A stretch of 64,000 nt of DNA, taken from positions 16,171 to 80,170 of the forward strand of contig CAJWNO010000002.1 in NCBI GenBank assembly GCA_913044115.1, in the 5' to 3' direction. The position numbers were made by a program, and so were the translations under genes. This document shows positions 24,571-33,432 of the stretch, one piece after another; position 1 is the stretch's first letter, and every line of letters begins with the position of its first letter. Below the pieces are notes generated by a model that was not told the DNA's origin, ran no database searches, and saw nothing but the letters and a program-made list of their open reading frames with translations. Source of the DNA: an uncultured Gammaproteobacteria bacterium. Lineage in GTDB: Bacteria; Pseudomonadota; Gammaproteobacteria; Magnimaribacterales; TMED112.

Positions 24571-26090
24571 TTAGGCCCAGAGTCTATTATCTCTTGCGGT
24601 ACATCGAACCTTTTAAAGTTTTCTTTAAACCTATGACATAGTGCCTCACACTCTTGGTCATAAGCATCTTCTGATTCCCAACAAGCCCTTGGATTAAGGT
24701 AGCTAGTATCTACGCCCTCTAATTCTTTTGGAATATATAGGTTAAGTTTATCTAGATAATCTAAATTATCTGTATCTATTTTATTGTCTTGGATAGCATT
24801 TATTATTGCTCTTGTTACAGGGATAGGAAATCTAGACCCAACACCAAAACCACCGCCTGTCCAGCCTGTGTTAACCAGAAATATTTTTGTGTTGTTGTTT
24901 TTAGCTCTCTTAATAAGCAGATCTGCATAAACACCAGCAGGTCTTGGAAAAAATGGTGCTCCAAAACAAGTTGAAAAAGCAAAATCCATAGATTTGGATG
25001 CCCCCATTTCAGTTGAGCCAACTTTAGCGGTATATCCGCTTAAAAAATGATAAGCTGCAGCATTTTCACTAAGCACACTTACTGGTGGCAATACACCTGA
25101 TAGGTCGCATGTTAAAAAAATTATATTATCTGGCTCTGCGCCCTCATTTTCTGGTACTGCCCCTTCAATGAAATTTCGAGGATAGCAGACTCTAGTATTC
25201 TCTGTATATTTGCTATCAGAATAATCTGGAACACCTGCATCATCGATTACTACATTCTCAAGAATGCTACCAAATTTGATGGCATCCCAAATCAAAGGCT
25301 CATTTTCCTTTGAGAGATTAATGCATTTAGCGTAACATCCGCCTTCAAAATTAAATACCGTTCCATCGCCCCATCCATGTTCATCATCTCCAATGAGTGA
25401 ACACTTTGGATCTGCTGAAAGGGTTGTTTTCCCTGTGCCTGACAAACCAAAAAATAATGTCGTTCTGTTATCGGATGTTTGGTTTGCAGAACAATGCATT
25501 GGTAGAACGCCTTTCTCGGGTAATAAAAAATTTTGAACAGCAAACATTGATTTTTTCATTTCGCCTGCGTACTTCATTCCAGCAATAAGGACCTTTCTTC
25601 TTAAAAAATTAATAACAACACATGACTCTGAATTTGTATGATCTTCTTCAGGGTCGCATACATAATTTGCGGCTGTAACAATTTTCCAAACCTCTTTATT
25701 CTCTTCATTAAAACTTTCAGGAGAGATGAAGATTAATTTTGAAAAAAGTGAGTGCCATGCAAGTTCAGACTTAACTTCAACTGGGATGTAATGATCTTTG
25801 TTAGAGCCAACATGCACATTTGAAACATAGTTATCTCTATCGTCTAGGTAGTTATTAACCTTATCCCATAATTTATCAAAATGATTTGCTTCAAACGGCC
25901 TATTAACTTCACCCCAATCGATTTTGTCTTTGGTGCTGCTTTCCTCAACAATAAATCTATCTTTTGGGCTTCTTCCTGTTCTGTTTCCTGTCAGCGAAAG
26001 CAAAGCCCCAGTATGGGTAAGCTCACTTTCATTATTGGCAACAGATTTTTCTATTAATTCAGAATTAGTAAGAACTAGAGATCTAGACAT
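24567..26090 (-). CDS. pckA: Phosphoenolpyruvate carboxykinase (ATP)
   Basis: Kinase-1a motif FFGLSGTGKTTLS, plus TGRSPKDRFIV and IGDDEHGW. Confidence 0.95.
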   Translation of the reverse strand: MSRSLVLTNSELIEKSVANNESELTHTGALLSLTGNRTGRSPKDRFIVEESSTKDKIDWGEVNRPFEANHFDKLWDKVNNYLDDRDNYVSNVHVGSNKDHYIPVEVKSELAWHSLFSKLIFISPESFNEENKEVWKIVTAANYVCDPEEDHTNSESCVVINFLRRKVLIAGMKYAGEMKKSMFAVQNFLLPEKGVLPMHCSANQTSDNRTTLFFGLSGTGKTTLSADPKCSLIGDDEHGWGDGTVFNFEGGCYAKCINLSKENEPLIWDAIKFGSILENVVIDDAGVPDYSDSKYTENTRVCYPRNFIEGAVPENEGAEPDNIIFLTCDLSGVLPPVSVLSENAAAYHFLSGYTAKVGSTEMGASKSMDFAFSTCFGAPFFPRPAGVYADLLIKRAKNNNTKIFLVNTGWTGGGFGVGSRFPIPVTRAIINAIQDNKIDTDNLDYLDKLNLYIPKELEGVDTSYLNPRACWESEDAYDQECEALCHRFKENFKRFDVPQEIIDSGPK

Positions 26091-26597
26091 TTAATTTTTT
26101 TGGCCCTTAAAATTTATTAAGACGTATCTTACCAATAATAATGAGATCATAGAAGCAAAAAATAGAAGGGCCCATTCAGGGATGTTTAGCCCCAGAAAGA
26201 CCCACGATTCCTCAGCACATTTACTGCTGCCTTGAAAAACTTTTCCAAGCGCATCAAAAAATGGGTACATGTTAAAGAGGAAATCAAAAGGTATATCACA
26301 GTAACCACCAGAAAGTTGATCTGATGGAAGGTTCTGTAAATATATTTGTCTAATACTTGCTGAAGAGCCAAATAAAAGTGCAGCTAAACCTAATACATCA
26401 AAAACAATTTTAAATTTAGGAATGACCATCTTAATTAGAAAAATAAGAAAAACTGCTTGAACTGAATACTTTTGAAGCATGCACAGGTTGCATGGCTCTA
26501 GCCCAACAATATTTTCAAGGTAGTATTGGCCTACCATCACTATCGTTGCGCAAAAAGTGATTAGGAAATCACCATAATGTTTAATTATTTCTTTCAC
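26091..26597 (-). CDS. dsbB: Disulfide bond formation protein DsbB
   Basis: Four-TM protein with first-loop CNLC and a second cysteine pair (YCD...KCAEE). Confidence 0.85.
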   Translation of the reverse strand: MKEIIKHYGDFLITFCATIVMVGQYYLENIVGLEPCNLCMLQKYSVQAVFLIFLIKMVIPKFKIVFDVLGLAALLFGSSASIRQIYLQNLPSDQLSGGYCDIPFDFLFNMYPFFDALGKVFQGSSKCAEESWVFLGLNIPEWALLFFASMISLLLVRYVLINFKGQKN

Positions 26598-26622
26598 TAT
26601 TAAGTATTATATATATAGTCCA

Positions 26623-29277
26623 ATGATATTTAGACCAGATTTAATTTTAATTGATGGAACTTCCTATATATACCGTGCATTTCATGCACTTCCTCCCTTA
26701 ACAACTTCCACTGGCAAACCAACTGGAGCTACCAGAGGCTTTGCATCTATGTTAAGAAAACTAATTTCAAAGTATCCAGGCGTGCCAATGGTAATGGTGT
26801 TTGATGCAAAGGGCCCTAATTTTAGAAATGACTACTACAGCTCATATAAAGCAAATAGGCCTCCAATGCCAAATGAGCTTAGAGTTCAGATTGAAGACAT
26901 TAAGCGACTCTCAAATTTATTCAATTTTTCAGTTGAAGAAGTTGAAGGTGTTGAGGCTGACGATGTTATAGCAACACTTGCAAATAAATTTAAAAGTGGC
27001 AAAAAAATTCTTATTTCTTCTCCTGATAAAGATCTTACACAATTGGTAGAGGAAAACGTTATTCAGCACAATTCCATGTCAAATGAATTTTTTAATAATG
27101 AACATGTAAAAGAAAAATTTGGCGTTGAACCTAATAAGATTGCAGAGCTTTTGGCATTAGTTGGTGATAAAGCAGACAACATTCCAGGAATCACAAAGGT
27201 TGGTAATAAGACAGCATCAAAATGGTTAAACCAATATGGCACTATTGAAAATATTCTAAAAAATATAAATGAAATTACCGGTGTAGTTGGGCAAAATTTA
27301 CGAGAAGAACAAGACTTTCTTCAGCGCAATCTTTTTTTAGTTTCCTTAAAGAAGGATATTGATCTAAATGTTGAATTCAAAGACATTAGCACCCCATTAA
27401 CCAGCAGTGAAGAGCTCAAAAGCTTTTATAAAGAGCTTGAATTTAATTCCTTTATTGGCGAATCAAACGAAAAACGAGTAACTCAGTATCGTTCTATAAA
27501 AGACATAGACGAGCTGAAAAAGATTGAAGATGAAATTGAGCATGCAAGTTATTTTGCTTTTGATACTGAAACGACTTCGTTGAATGCATATGAAGCAGAA
27601 CTAGTTGGGGCATCCTTTTCTTTTAAAAAAGATACTGGGGTGTATATTCCAATCAATCATGTTGAACAAACCGAGCTTAATGCAAATGAGGTGATATCTT
27701 GGTTAAAGGGGGTCCTTGAAAAAAATCAAAGCAAGATAATAGGCCAAAACCTAAAGTATGACATTGGTGTTCTTAAAAAGTATGGCATAAATATTATGGA
27801 GTTTTATGCAGACACTATGCTCATGTCTTATTCACTGAATAGCACTGCTACTCGCCACAATATGGATGCAATGTCAGAACACTATTTAAATATAACGACA
27901 ATTAAATATGAAGATGTAATTGGCAAAGGAGTAAATAAATATAAAAACTTCAGTGAAGTTCCAATTAAAGATGCTACAAATTATGCAGCAGAGGATTCAG
28001 ATATAACTCTTCAGTTATTCGAGAAGATGAACAGCCTTCTTGATGACAAAACAAAAAAACTTTTAAAAGAATTAGATTACAAGTTGCTTTTTGTGCTTCT
28101 TGAAATGGAAGAAAGAGGCACATTAATTGATATAAGTCATCTAAACAACCTGTCGAAAAAATTCGGGGCTAAATTGATGAACTTGGTTCAAAAAATTCAT
28201 AATATCTCAGGGGTTGTTTTTAATATAGATTCACCAAAACAGCTTAGTGAGGTTTTGTTTGAAAAACTTAACATTGACTCCAAAGGATTAAAGAAAACAT
28301 CAACAGGTTATTTCTCAACCTCTGAATCAGTGCTACAAAAATTATCAGGAGACAACGAAATAATTGCTGATATTCTTGAATATCGCTCTCTTGCAAAATT
28401 AAAAAGCACTTATACGGATAAGATTTCTGAGATTTGTGATCAGCATTCTCGAGTTCACACCTCTTATCATCAAGCGGTAACATCTACAGGCAGGCTTTCT
28501 TCTTCTGACCCAAATTTGCAAAACATTCCAATTAGAACCAAAGAGGGCATAACAATAAGAGAGGCATTTATAGCACCAAAAAATAAGAAAATTCTAGCTA
28601 TGGATTACTCTCAGATCGAATTGAGGTTGATGGCGCACTACTCTGAAGATGAGATAATGTTGAAGTCTTTTAAAAACGATGAAGATATTCATAAGAGGAC
28701 AGCTTCAGAAATTTTCGGAGTGAATATAGATGATGTCGATAGCGAAATGCGTAGAAGAGCAAAAACAATTAATTTTGGTCTTCTCTATGGCATGAGTGCT
28801 TTTGGCTTATCAAACCAACTTGGTGTCTCCAGGCCAGAAGCAGAAATTTTCTTAAACAATTATTTTGATAGATATAGCGGCGTTAAACAATTTATGCATG
28901 ACATTGTTGAAAACTCCAAACCAACAAAATATGTGGAAACTTTATATGGGCGAAAAATTCATGTCCCCAATATTACTGCTAGCAATTATATGGTTCGACA
29001 AGCAGCAGAAAGAGCTGCTATTAATGGCCCATTACAAGGGAGCGCTGCAGATATTATTAAATATGCAATGGTAGAAATAAATAAATGGATTAATGATAAT
29101 CAGTTCGATATAAAAATGATCCTGCAAGTTCATGATGAACTAGTATTTGAGGTTCCTGATGACTTTGGTGAGTCTGATATGGCACCAATATTGCAATTAA
29201 TGGAGAATACTACTGAAATAGCTGTCCCTCTCAAAGTAGAATATGGTTTTGGAGCTAATTGGAGAGAAGCTCATTGA
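26623..29277 (+). CDS. polA: DNA polymerase I
   Basis: 5' nuclease N-terminus, a 3'-5' exo motif (FAFDTETTSL) and pol motifs DYSQIELRLMAH, RRRAKTINFGLLYGMS, QVHDELVFEV. Confidence 0.97.
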   Translation: MIFRPDLILIDGTSYIYRAFHALPPLTTSTGKPTGATRGFASMLRKLISKYPGVPMVMVFDAKGPNFRNDYYSSYKANRPPMPNELRVQIEDIKRLSNLFNFSVEEVEGVEADDVIATLANKFKSGKKILISSPDKDLTQLVEENVIQHNSMSNEFFNNEHVKEKFGVEPNKIAELLALVGDKADNIPGITKVGNKTASKWLNQYGTIENILKNINEITGVVGQNLREEQDFLQRNLFLVSLKKDIDLNVEFKDISTPLTSSEELKSFYKELEFNSFIGESNEKRVTQYRSIKDIDELKKIEDEIEHASYFAFDTETTSLNAYEAELVGASFSFKKDTGVYIPINHVEQTELNANEVISWLKGVLEKNQSKIIGQNLKYDIGVLKKYGINIMEFYADTMLMSYSLNSTATRHNMDAMSEHYLNITTIKYEDVIGKGVNKYKNFSEVPIKDATNYAAEDSDITLQLFEKMNSLLDDKTKKLLKELDYKLLFVLLEMEERGTLIDISHLNNLSKKFGAKLMNLVQKIHNISGVVFNIDSPKQLSEVLFEKLNIDSKGLKKTSTGYFSTSESVLQKLSGDNEIIADILEYRSLAKLKSTYTDKISEICDQHSRVHTSYHQAVTSTGRLSSSDPNLQNIPIRTKEGITIREAFIAPKNKKILAMDYSQIELRLMAHYSEDEIMLKSFKNDEDIHKRTASEIFGVNIDDVDSEMRRRAKTINFGLLYGMSAFGLSNQLGVSRPEAEIFLNNYFDRYSGVKQFMHDIVENSKPTKYVETLYGRKIHVPNITASNYMVRQAAERAAINGPLQGSAADIIKYAMVEINKWINDNQFDIKMILQVHDELVFEVPDDFGESDMAPILQLMENTTEIAVPLKVEYGFGANWREAH

Positions 29278-29836
29278 TTAGACTTATCAAGCTGCCTATA
29301 GATTCACGATCTTTAATTGAAAAATTTAAAACAAACCCATAAGCGTCCTGCAATGTATTTTTAATTTCTAAAGCTTCTTTTTCAGCGATCTTATCGCTTT
29401 TTGTTAGCACTATTAGAACAGGGATTTGTCTTGCATGAAGCATCTCAAACATAGAAATATCATGTTCTCGCATAGGATTTCTAATATCAGTAAACAGAAT
29501 AGCCCCTACAAGAGCTTCACGTGAATCAAAATATTTCGGAAGCTCAACAGCCCATTCTTTTTTTTGAGATTTTGAGACTTTTGAATACCCATAGCCTGGA
29601 AAATCAACAATATAACCAGCGCTAAGTCTAAAAAAATTAAAAAGCTTTGTTTTGCCTGGCGTCTTGCTAATTTTTGCTAGTTTTTTTTGGTTTGAAATGG
29701 CATTTATTGCTGAAGACTTGCCAGCATTAGAGGCCCCAACAAACGCTATCTCTGGTTTTTCATGGAGAAGGCATTGATCGTATTCTGCTGCGCTTTCAAC
29801 AAACTCAAGACCAAGGTATTTAAAATCAATTTTCAT
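29255..29836 (-). CDS. engB: Ribosome biogenesis GTPase EngB/YihA
   Basis: G1 GASNAGKSSAIN, G3 DFPGYG, G4 TKSDK. Converges on and overlaps the polA end by 23 nt. Confidence 0.9.
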   Translation of the reverse strand: MKIDFKYLGLEFVESAAEYDQCLLHEKPEIAFVGASNAGKSSAINAISNQKKLAKISKTPGKTKLFNFFRLSAGYIVDFPGYGYSKVSKSQKKEWAVELPKYFDSREALVGAILFTDIRNPMREHDISMFEMLHARQIPVLIVLTKSDKIAEKEALEIKNTLQDAYGFVLNFSIKDRESIGSLISLINELLSN

Positions 29837-29881
29837 TAATAAATTATATCCAACTTGTTATATAATCATTCTCGCATACTT

Positions 29882-30469
29882 ATGATATATAAAATTTTTG
29901 ACATTAAAGCATTATTGCTTTTTTTATCTTTGTCTGTTGTAGCAGAACCTCAACAAGGCAGAGACTATCAACTTATTCCTTCTGATCTAGTAGAAGAAGG
30001 ATCAATTACAGAAGTCTTTGGCTACTGGTGTAACGCATGTTTTAGTTTTGAAACGACAGTAATGAAGCTTAAGGAACAAAGACCTGATGCAAAAGTAGTA
30101 CAGATACCTGCTGGAAATGAAGTATACGCTCGACTCTTTTATACAATACAAGCATTAAATCTGGGCAAGGAAGCACACTTAAATGTATACAAAGATATTC
30201 AGTTGCTTAGAAAAAACTTAAACAGCGTAACTGATGTAGAAAAATTCGCAGCAAGACATAACTATGACCTAACTAAATTTATGAATGTATACAATTCTTT
30301 TGGTATCGGAATAAAAGCTAATAACGCGTTAAGAACTGTAAGAGATTTAGGCAATGCCGGTGTTCTTGAGGGTGTGCCAACTATTATCATTAACGGAAAA
30401 TATAAATTTCGAAGAACAGCAGATGCTCAAAAGAATATTGATAATATGCTATATCTCTATGACAATTAA
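29882..30469 (+). CDS. dsbA: Thiol:disulfide interchange protein DsbA
   Basis: Signal peptide, then the redox motif WCNACF. GVPTIIING near the C-terminus. I moved the start to the ATG at 29882. Confidence 0.8.
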   Translation: MIYKIFDIKALLLFLSLSVVAEPQQGRDYQLIPSDLVEEGSITEVFGYWCNACFSFETTVMKLKEQRPDAKVVQIPAGNEVYARLFYTIQALNLGKEAHLNVYKDIQLLRKNLNSVTDVEKFAARHNYDLTKFMNVYNSFGIGIKANNALRTVRDLGNAGVLEGVPTIIINGKYKFRRTADAQKNIDNMLYLYDN

Positions 30470-30504
30470 CTTGAAATTTTTTGCCTAGTAACAACAAATA
30501 AGAC

Positions 30505-30915
30505 ATGAAAAACTTTTTACCTTTTCTTCTAACAGCTGCAATATCCTTTATTGTTTTGGCTGATTCTTATGAGGATGAAGTAAGAAAAAGACTTGGTTTG
30601 CTAAAGGATGTGCCAGTAGTTTCAATGCCTGGTATGGAAACAGCAGTAGCTGACGAAAATGCAGGCAGGTCTGGAGAAGCTGTATACAACCAAGGCTGCG
30701 CAGCATGCCATACGGCAGGTTTGGCCGGAGCGCCAATGCTTGGAAATATAGCTCAATGGGAAGGCAGATCAGACAAGGGGCTTGATATGCTTACGGTGAA
30801 CGCCTACAGCGGATACAATGCCATGCCAGCAAAAGGCATGTGTATGGATTGTTCAGAAATTGAAATTGAAAGATCAGTACAGTACATGCTTGATGCATTA
30901 ACTGTGGTTGAATAG
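30505..30915 (+). CDS. Cytochrome c5-family monoheme cytochrome
   Basis: Signal peptide, CAACH heme site and a downstream MPAKG Met ligand. Confidence 0.8.
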   Translation: MKNFLPFLLTAAISFIVLADSYEDEVRKRLGLLKDVPVVSMPGMETAVADENAGRSGEAVYNQGCAACHTAGLAGAPMLGNIAQWEGRSDKGLDMLTVNAYSGYNAMPAKGMCMDCSEIEIERSVQYMLDALTVVE

Positions 30916-30916
30916 C

Positions 30917-31090
30917 TTATCTTCTCTCTAACTCGTTAACTTTTTTCTCTAATGAATCAATTCTTTGCAAAGCACTATCAAGCTCCTCTTTTTTCACAAA
31001 ACCAGAATCTTTCATAAATTTTTCTAAGGCTGGTTTAACCATTTTCTCCATGCCTTTCATATCTTTGCCCATACTAAACGGATTAAACAT
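30917..31090 (-). CDS. ubiK: UbiK/YqiC (BMFP)-like small coiled-coil protein (not in ORF track, 57 aa)
   Basis: I translated it myself: MFNPFSMGKDMKGMEKMVKPALEKFMKDSGFVKKEELDSALQRIDSLEKKVNELERR. The C-terminal half parallels the E. coli YqiC segment LVSREEFDVQ...LEQRISELE. It exactly fills an otherwise empty 167-nt gap. The start overlaps the upstream stop (ATGTTTAA). Confidence 0.45.
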   Translation of the reverse strand: MFNPFSMGKDMKGMEKMVKPALEKFMKDSGFVKKEELDSALQRIDSLEKKVNELERR

Positions 31091-31811
31091 TTTCTTTCTC
31101 CAAAATAAAATTCTTATTTATTATTTCATAAAGATCTTTCCAGTTTTTTGCCTGAAGATCACAGGGAAATATTTCATCCCATTTATGCTTCTCACAATTA
31201 AACCATATGGTGTTTATATTGCAATTTCTTGCACCCCCAATATCATTTACTGGGCAATCGCCAACATGAATAGCTTCATCAGCACTACATGAAGCTAATT
31301 CGAGAGCTTTTAAAAAATGTGGAGGAGATGGTTTGTTGCTGGACACGTCTTTTGAGTTAATTGCAAAATTAAAAAAGCTATCTATGCCAATAATCCCTAA
31401 ATCAGCATTACCATTTGATAATGAGCCAACCAAAACTTTTCTGTGTAGGCGTTCTAAAATAATTTTTGCGTCTTTATAGAGTTGAACCTTATTCCTTACT
31501 TTAAAAAATTCATTAAAACTTTCATTGCTGTAATAGATTGCCTCATTAGTATCAAGCCCTAATGAGAGCAGCAATTCTTTAACAACTTCTTTTCTAAATT
31601 TAGTTAAATTGAACTTTAATGATGGATCTTTTTCAACCAAGCTTACTCGTATTTCATTTATTGCAGCTTCATTAAAATCATCTTTTAATTGAGGGACTTT
31701 GTTAAGGAGAAAATTCCATAGCGCTTTTTCAGCATCTAAAATTACCTTCTTATTCGGCCATACAGTATCGTCAAGATCAAATGTTATTAGTTTTATTTTC
31801 TTTCTTGCCAT
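31083..31811 (-). CDS. HAD-superfamily hydrolase (YigB-like position)
   Basis: DxDxT motif (ITFDLDDTV) and a late motif VGDCPVNDIGGA. It lies downstream of xerC, as yigB does in E. coli. Confidence 0.75.
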   Translation of the reverse strand: MARKKIKLITFDLDDTVWPNKKVILDAEKALWNFLLNKVPQLKDDFNEAAINEIRVSLVEKDPSLKFNLTKFRKEVVKELLLSLGLDTNEAIYYSNESFNEFFKVRNKVQLYKDAKIILERLHRKVLVGSLSNGNADLGIIGIDSFFNFAINSKDVSSNKPSPPHFLKALELASCSADEAIHVGDCPVNDIGGARNCNINTIWFNCEKHKWDEIFPCDLQAKNWKDLYEIINKNFILEKENV

Positions 31812-32670
31812 GCGGGTGTGATTTATCGTAAATTTTCGCTAATTGTTGGAAGTTTAATTTAGTGTAAATTTGAGTTGTACTCAAGCTACTATGGCCAAGC
31901 ATTTCCTGAATTGATCGTAAGTCACCACTTGACTCAAGAATATGAGTAGCAAAACTATGTCTTAGCATATGTGGGCTTACTGGAGACATGCCTTGTGAAA
32001 TTGAGATCTTATATAGTCTTTCTTGCATAGCTCTAATTGAAATACGATTTCCATATTTATTAAGAAATAGAGCGTCAGAAGTGCTTGTTATTTCGCTGCG
32101 CTTTGCTATCCATGTGGTTATTGCATCTTTAGCAAACTTACCAACTGGAAGCATTCTTTCTTTCTGGCCTTTACCTAAAACTTTTACAAAACTAAAGTCT
32201 GATTCAAATGAAGCTATATTAACGTTCACTGCCTCAGAAACTCTAAGCCCTGATGAATACAAAAGCTCTAAAAAAGCTTTATCTCTTATGTCAGCAAGTG
32301 TCTTTGGTTCAAAAGAAAGAAGCTTCTCAACATCTTCTGGTGTAAGTGCTTTTGGCAAAGTTTCGCCAATTTTCGGAGATTGAACAGATTCAAAAAAATT
32401 TGTCTCTATCAACCCACTCTTGAATAAGAATTTATAAAAATTTTTTAGGGATGATATATTTCTTTGAATTGACCTATTGCCTAAACCTAATTTTCTAAGA
32501 GAGATTATCCACTTGGTGATAACAGAGTTTGTAAGGTCTTCAGGATCAACTTTATCAGTTTCTAAAAATTTCAGGAATCGGTTTATATCTCTTTCATAGC
32601 TCGAAATTGTATGATCAGAATAATTCTTGATTTTTAAAAACTCTTTAAGTCTTTTTTTTAGTTCATTCAT
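31777..32670 (-). CDS. xerC: Tyrosine recombinase XerC
   Basis: Catalytic region HMLRHSFATHIL...LGHSSLSTTQIYT. dapF-xerC-HAD synteny. Confidence 0.9.
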   Translation of the reverse strand: MNELKKRLKEFLKIKNYSDHTISSYERDINRFLKFLETDKVDPEDLTNSVITKWIISLRKLGLGNRSIQRNISSLKNFYKFLFKSGLIETNFFESVQSPKIGETLPKALTPEDVEKLLSFEPKTLADIRDKAFLELLYSSGLRVSEAVNVNIASFESDFSFVKVLGKGQKERMLPVGKFAKDAITTWIAKRSEITSTSDALFLNKYGNRISIRAMQERLYKISISQGMSPVSPHMLRHSFATHILESSGDLRSIQEMLGHSSLSTTQIYTKLNFQQLAKIYDKSHPHGKKENKTNNI

Positions 32671-33376
32671 TTAGGTAGCCCTGTTCAATTATTACTGCAT
32701 CTGCGCTTGAGGAAATGCTTACATCATCTTTATAAACTTTAGTTTTGCCGCCTCTTGATGTAAATAACAATTCGTTTTTATTAGTGCCTTTAAGCAATGC
32801 ATAAGCAACTGATATTGTTGCGGATCCGCATGACAATGTTTCTCCAGCCCCATTCTCATAGGTTCTAATGTCTATCTGATCTTTTGATATTTGAAAAACA
32901 CTTAGATTAAAATTGGGAACCTCTTTAAATTTTTTAGAACTTTTTAGTTTTAAGTATTCATCTTCTAGATCAATTAAATTTATATCGTTATGTTCTTTAG
33001 CTATATGGTTGTTGCCAAATTTTATTATGTAGTGATCATTGTGTTTTTTAACTTGTGGCAATGATCCTGTAACAGTGGCACCTTTCTCATCACTATCAAC
33101 AATAAATTTATTATCTTTAATAAGAATCTCTTTGTGTTTTAACCCATAGAGGTAAGCAATACACCTTAATCCATTAATGCAGTTATCTGCTTCTGAACCA
33201 TCCGAATTAAAAACTAAAATTTCAAAGGGTTCTTGATTTTTAATATATAGAAGTTGGTCAAAACCTAGCCCATTTTTTTTGTTTCCTAAAGTCTTTATTT
33301 TAGCTAATTGTCTAATATCATCTGTAATAAGAAACTCATTCCCATTTGAGTGCATTTTTGTGTACTTAGTTTTCAT
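32663..33376 (-). CDS. dapF: Diaminopimelate epimerase
   Basis: KMHSNGNEFLI (GNDF-type) motif and two catalytic Cys contexts (DNCINGLRC, SCGSATIS). I chose the ATG at 33376 over the TTG at 33394. Confidence 0.85.
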   Translation of the reverse strand: MKTKYTKMHSNGNEFLITDDIRQLAKIKTLGNKKNGLGFDQLLYIKNQEPFEILVFNSDGSEADNCINGLRCIAYLYGLKHKEILIKDNKFIVDSDEKGATVTGSLPQVKKHNDHYIIKFGNNHIAKEHNDINLIDLEDEYLKLKSSKKFKEVPNFNLSVFQISKDQIDIRTYENGAGETLSCGSATISVAYALLKGTNKNELLFTSRGGKTKVYKDDVSISSSADAVIIEQGYLNE

Positions 33377-33432
33377 ATTGTGATCATTTCTCAATTAAGG
33401 ATTATATAATTGTCTTAAACATATACCCTACT

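Noticed and set aside
31777-32670. Tyrosine recombinase as a marker of an integrated mobile element
   Set aside because: It sits in the housekeeping dapF-xerC-yigB-like arrangement and overlaps its neighbours. I noticed no phage or IS genes, no tRNA target and no flanking repeats. It is XerC, not an integrase.
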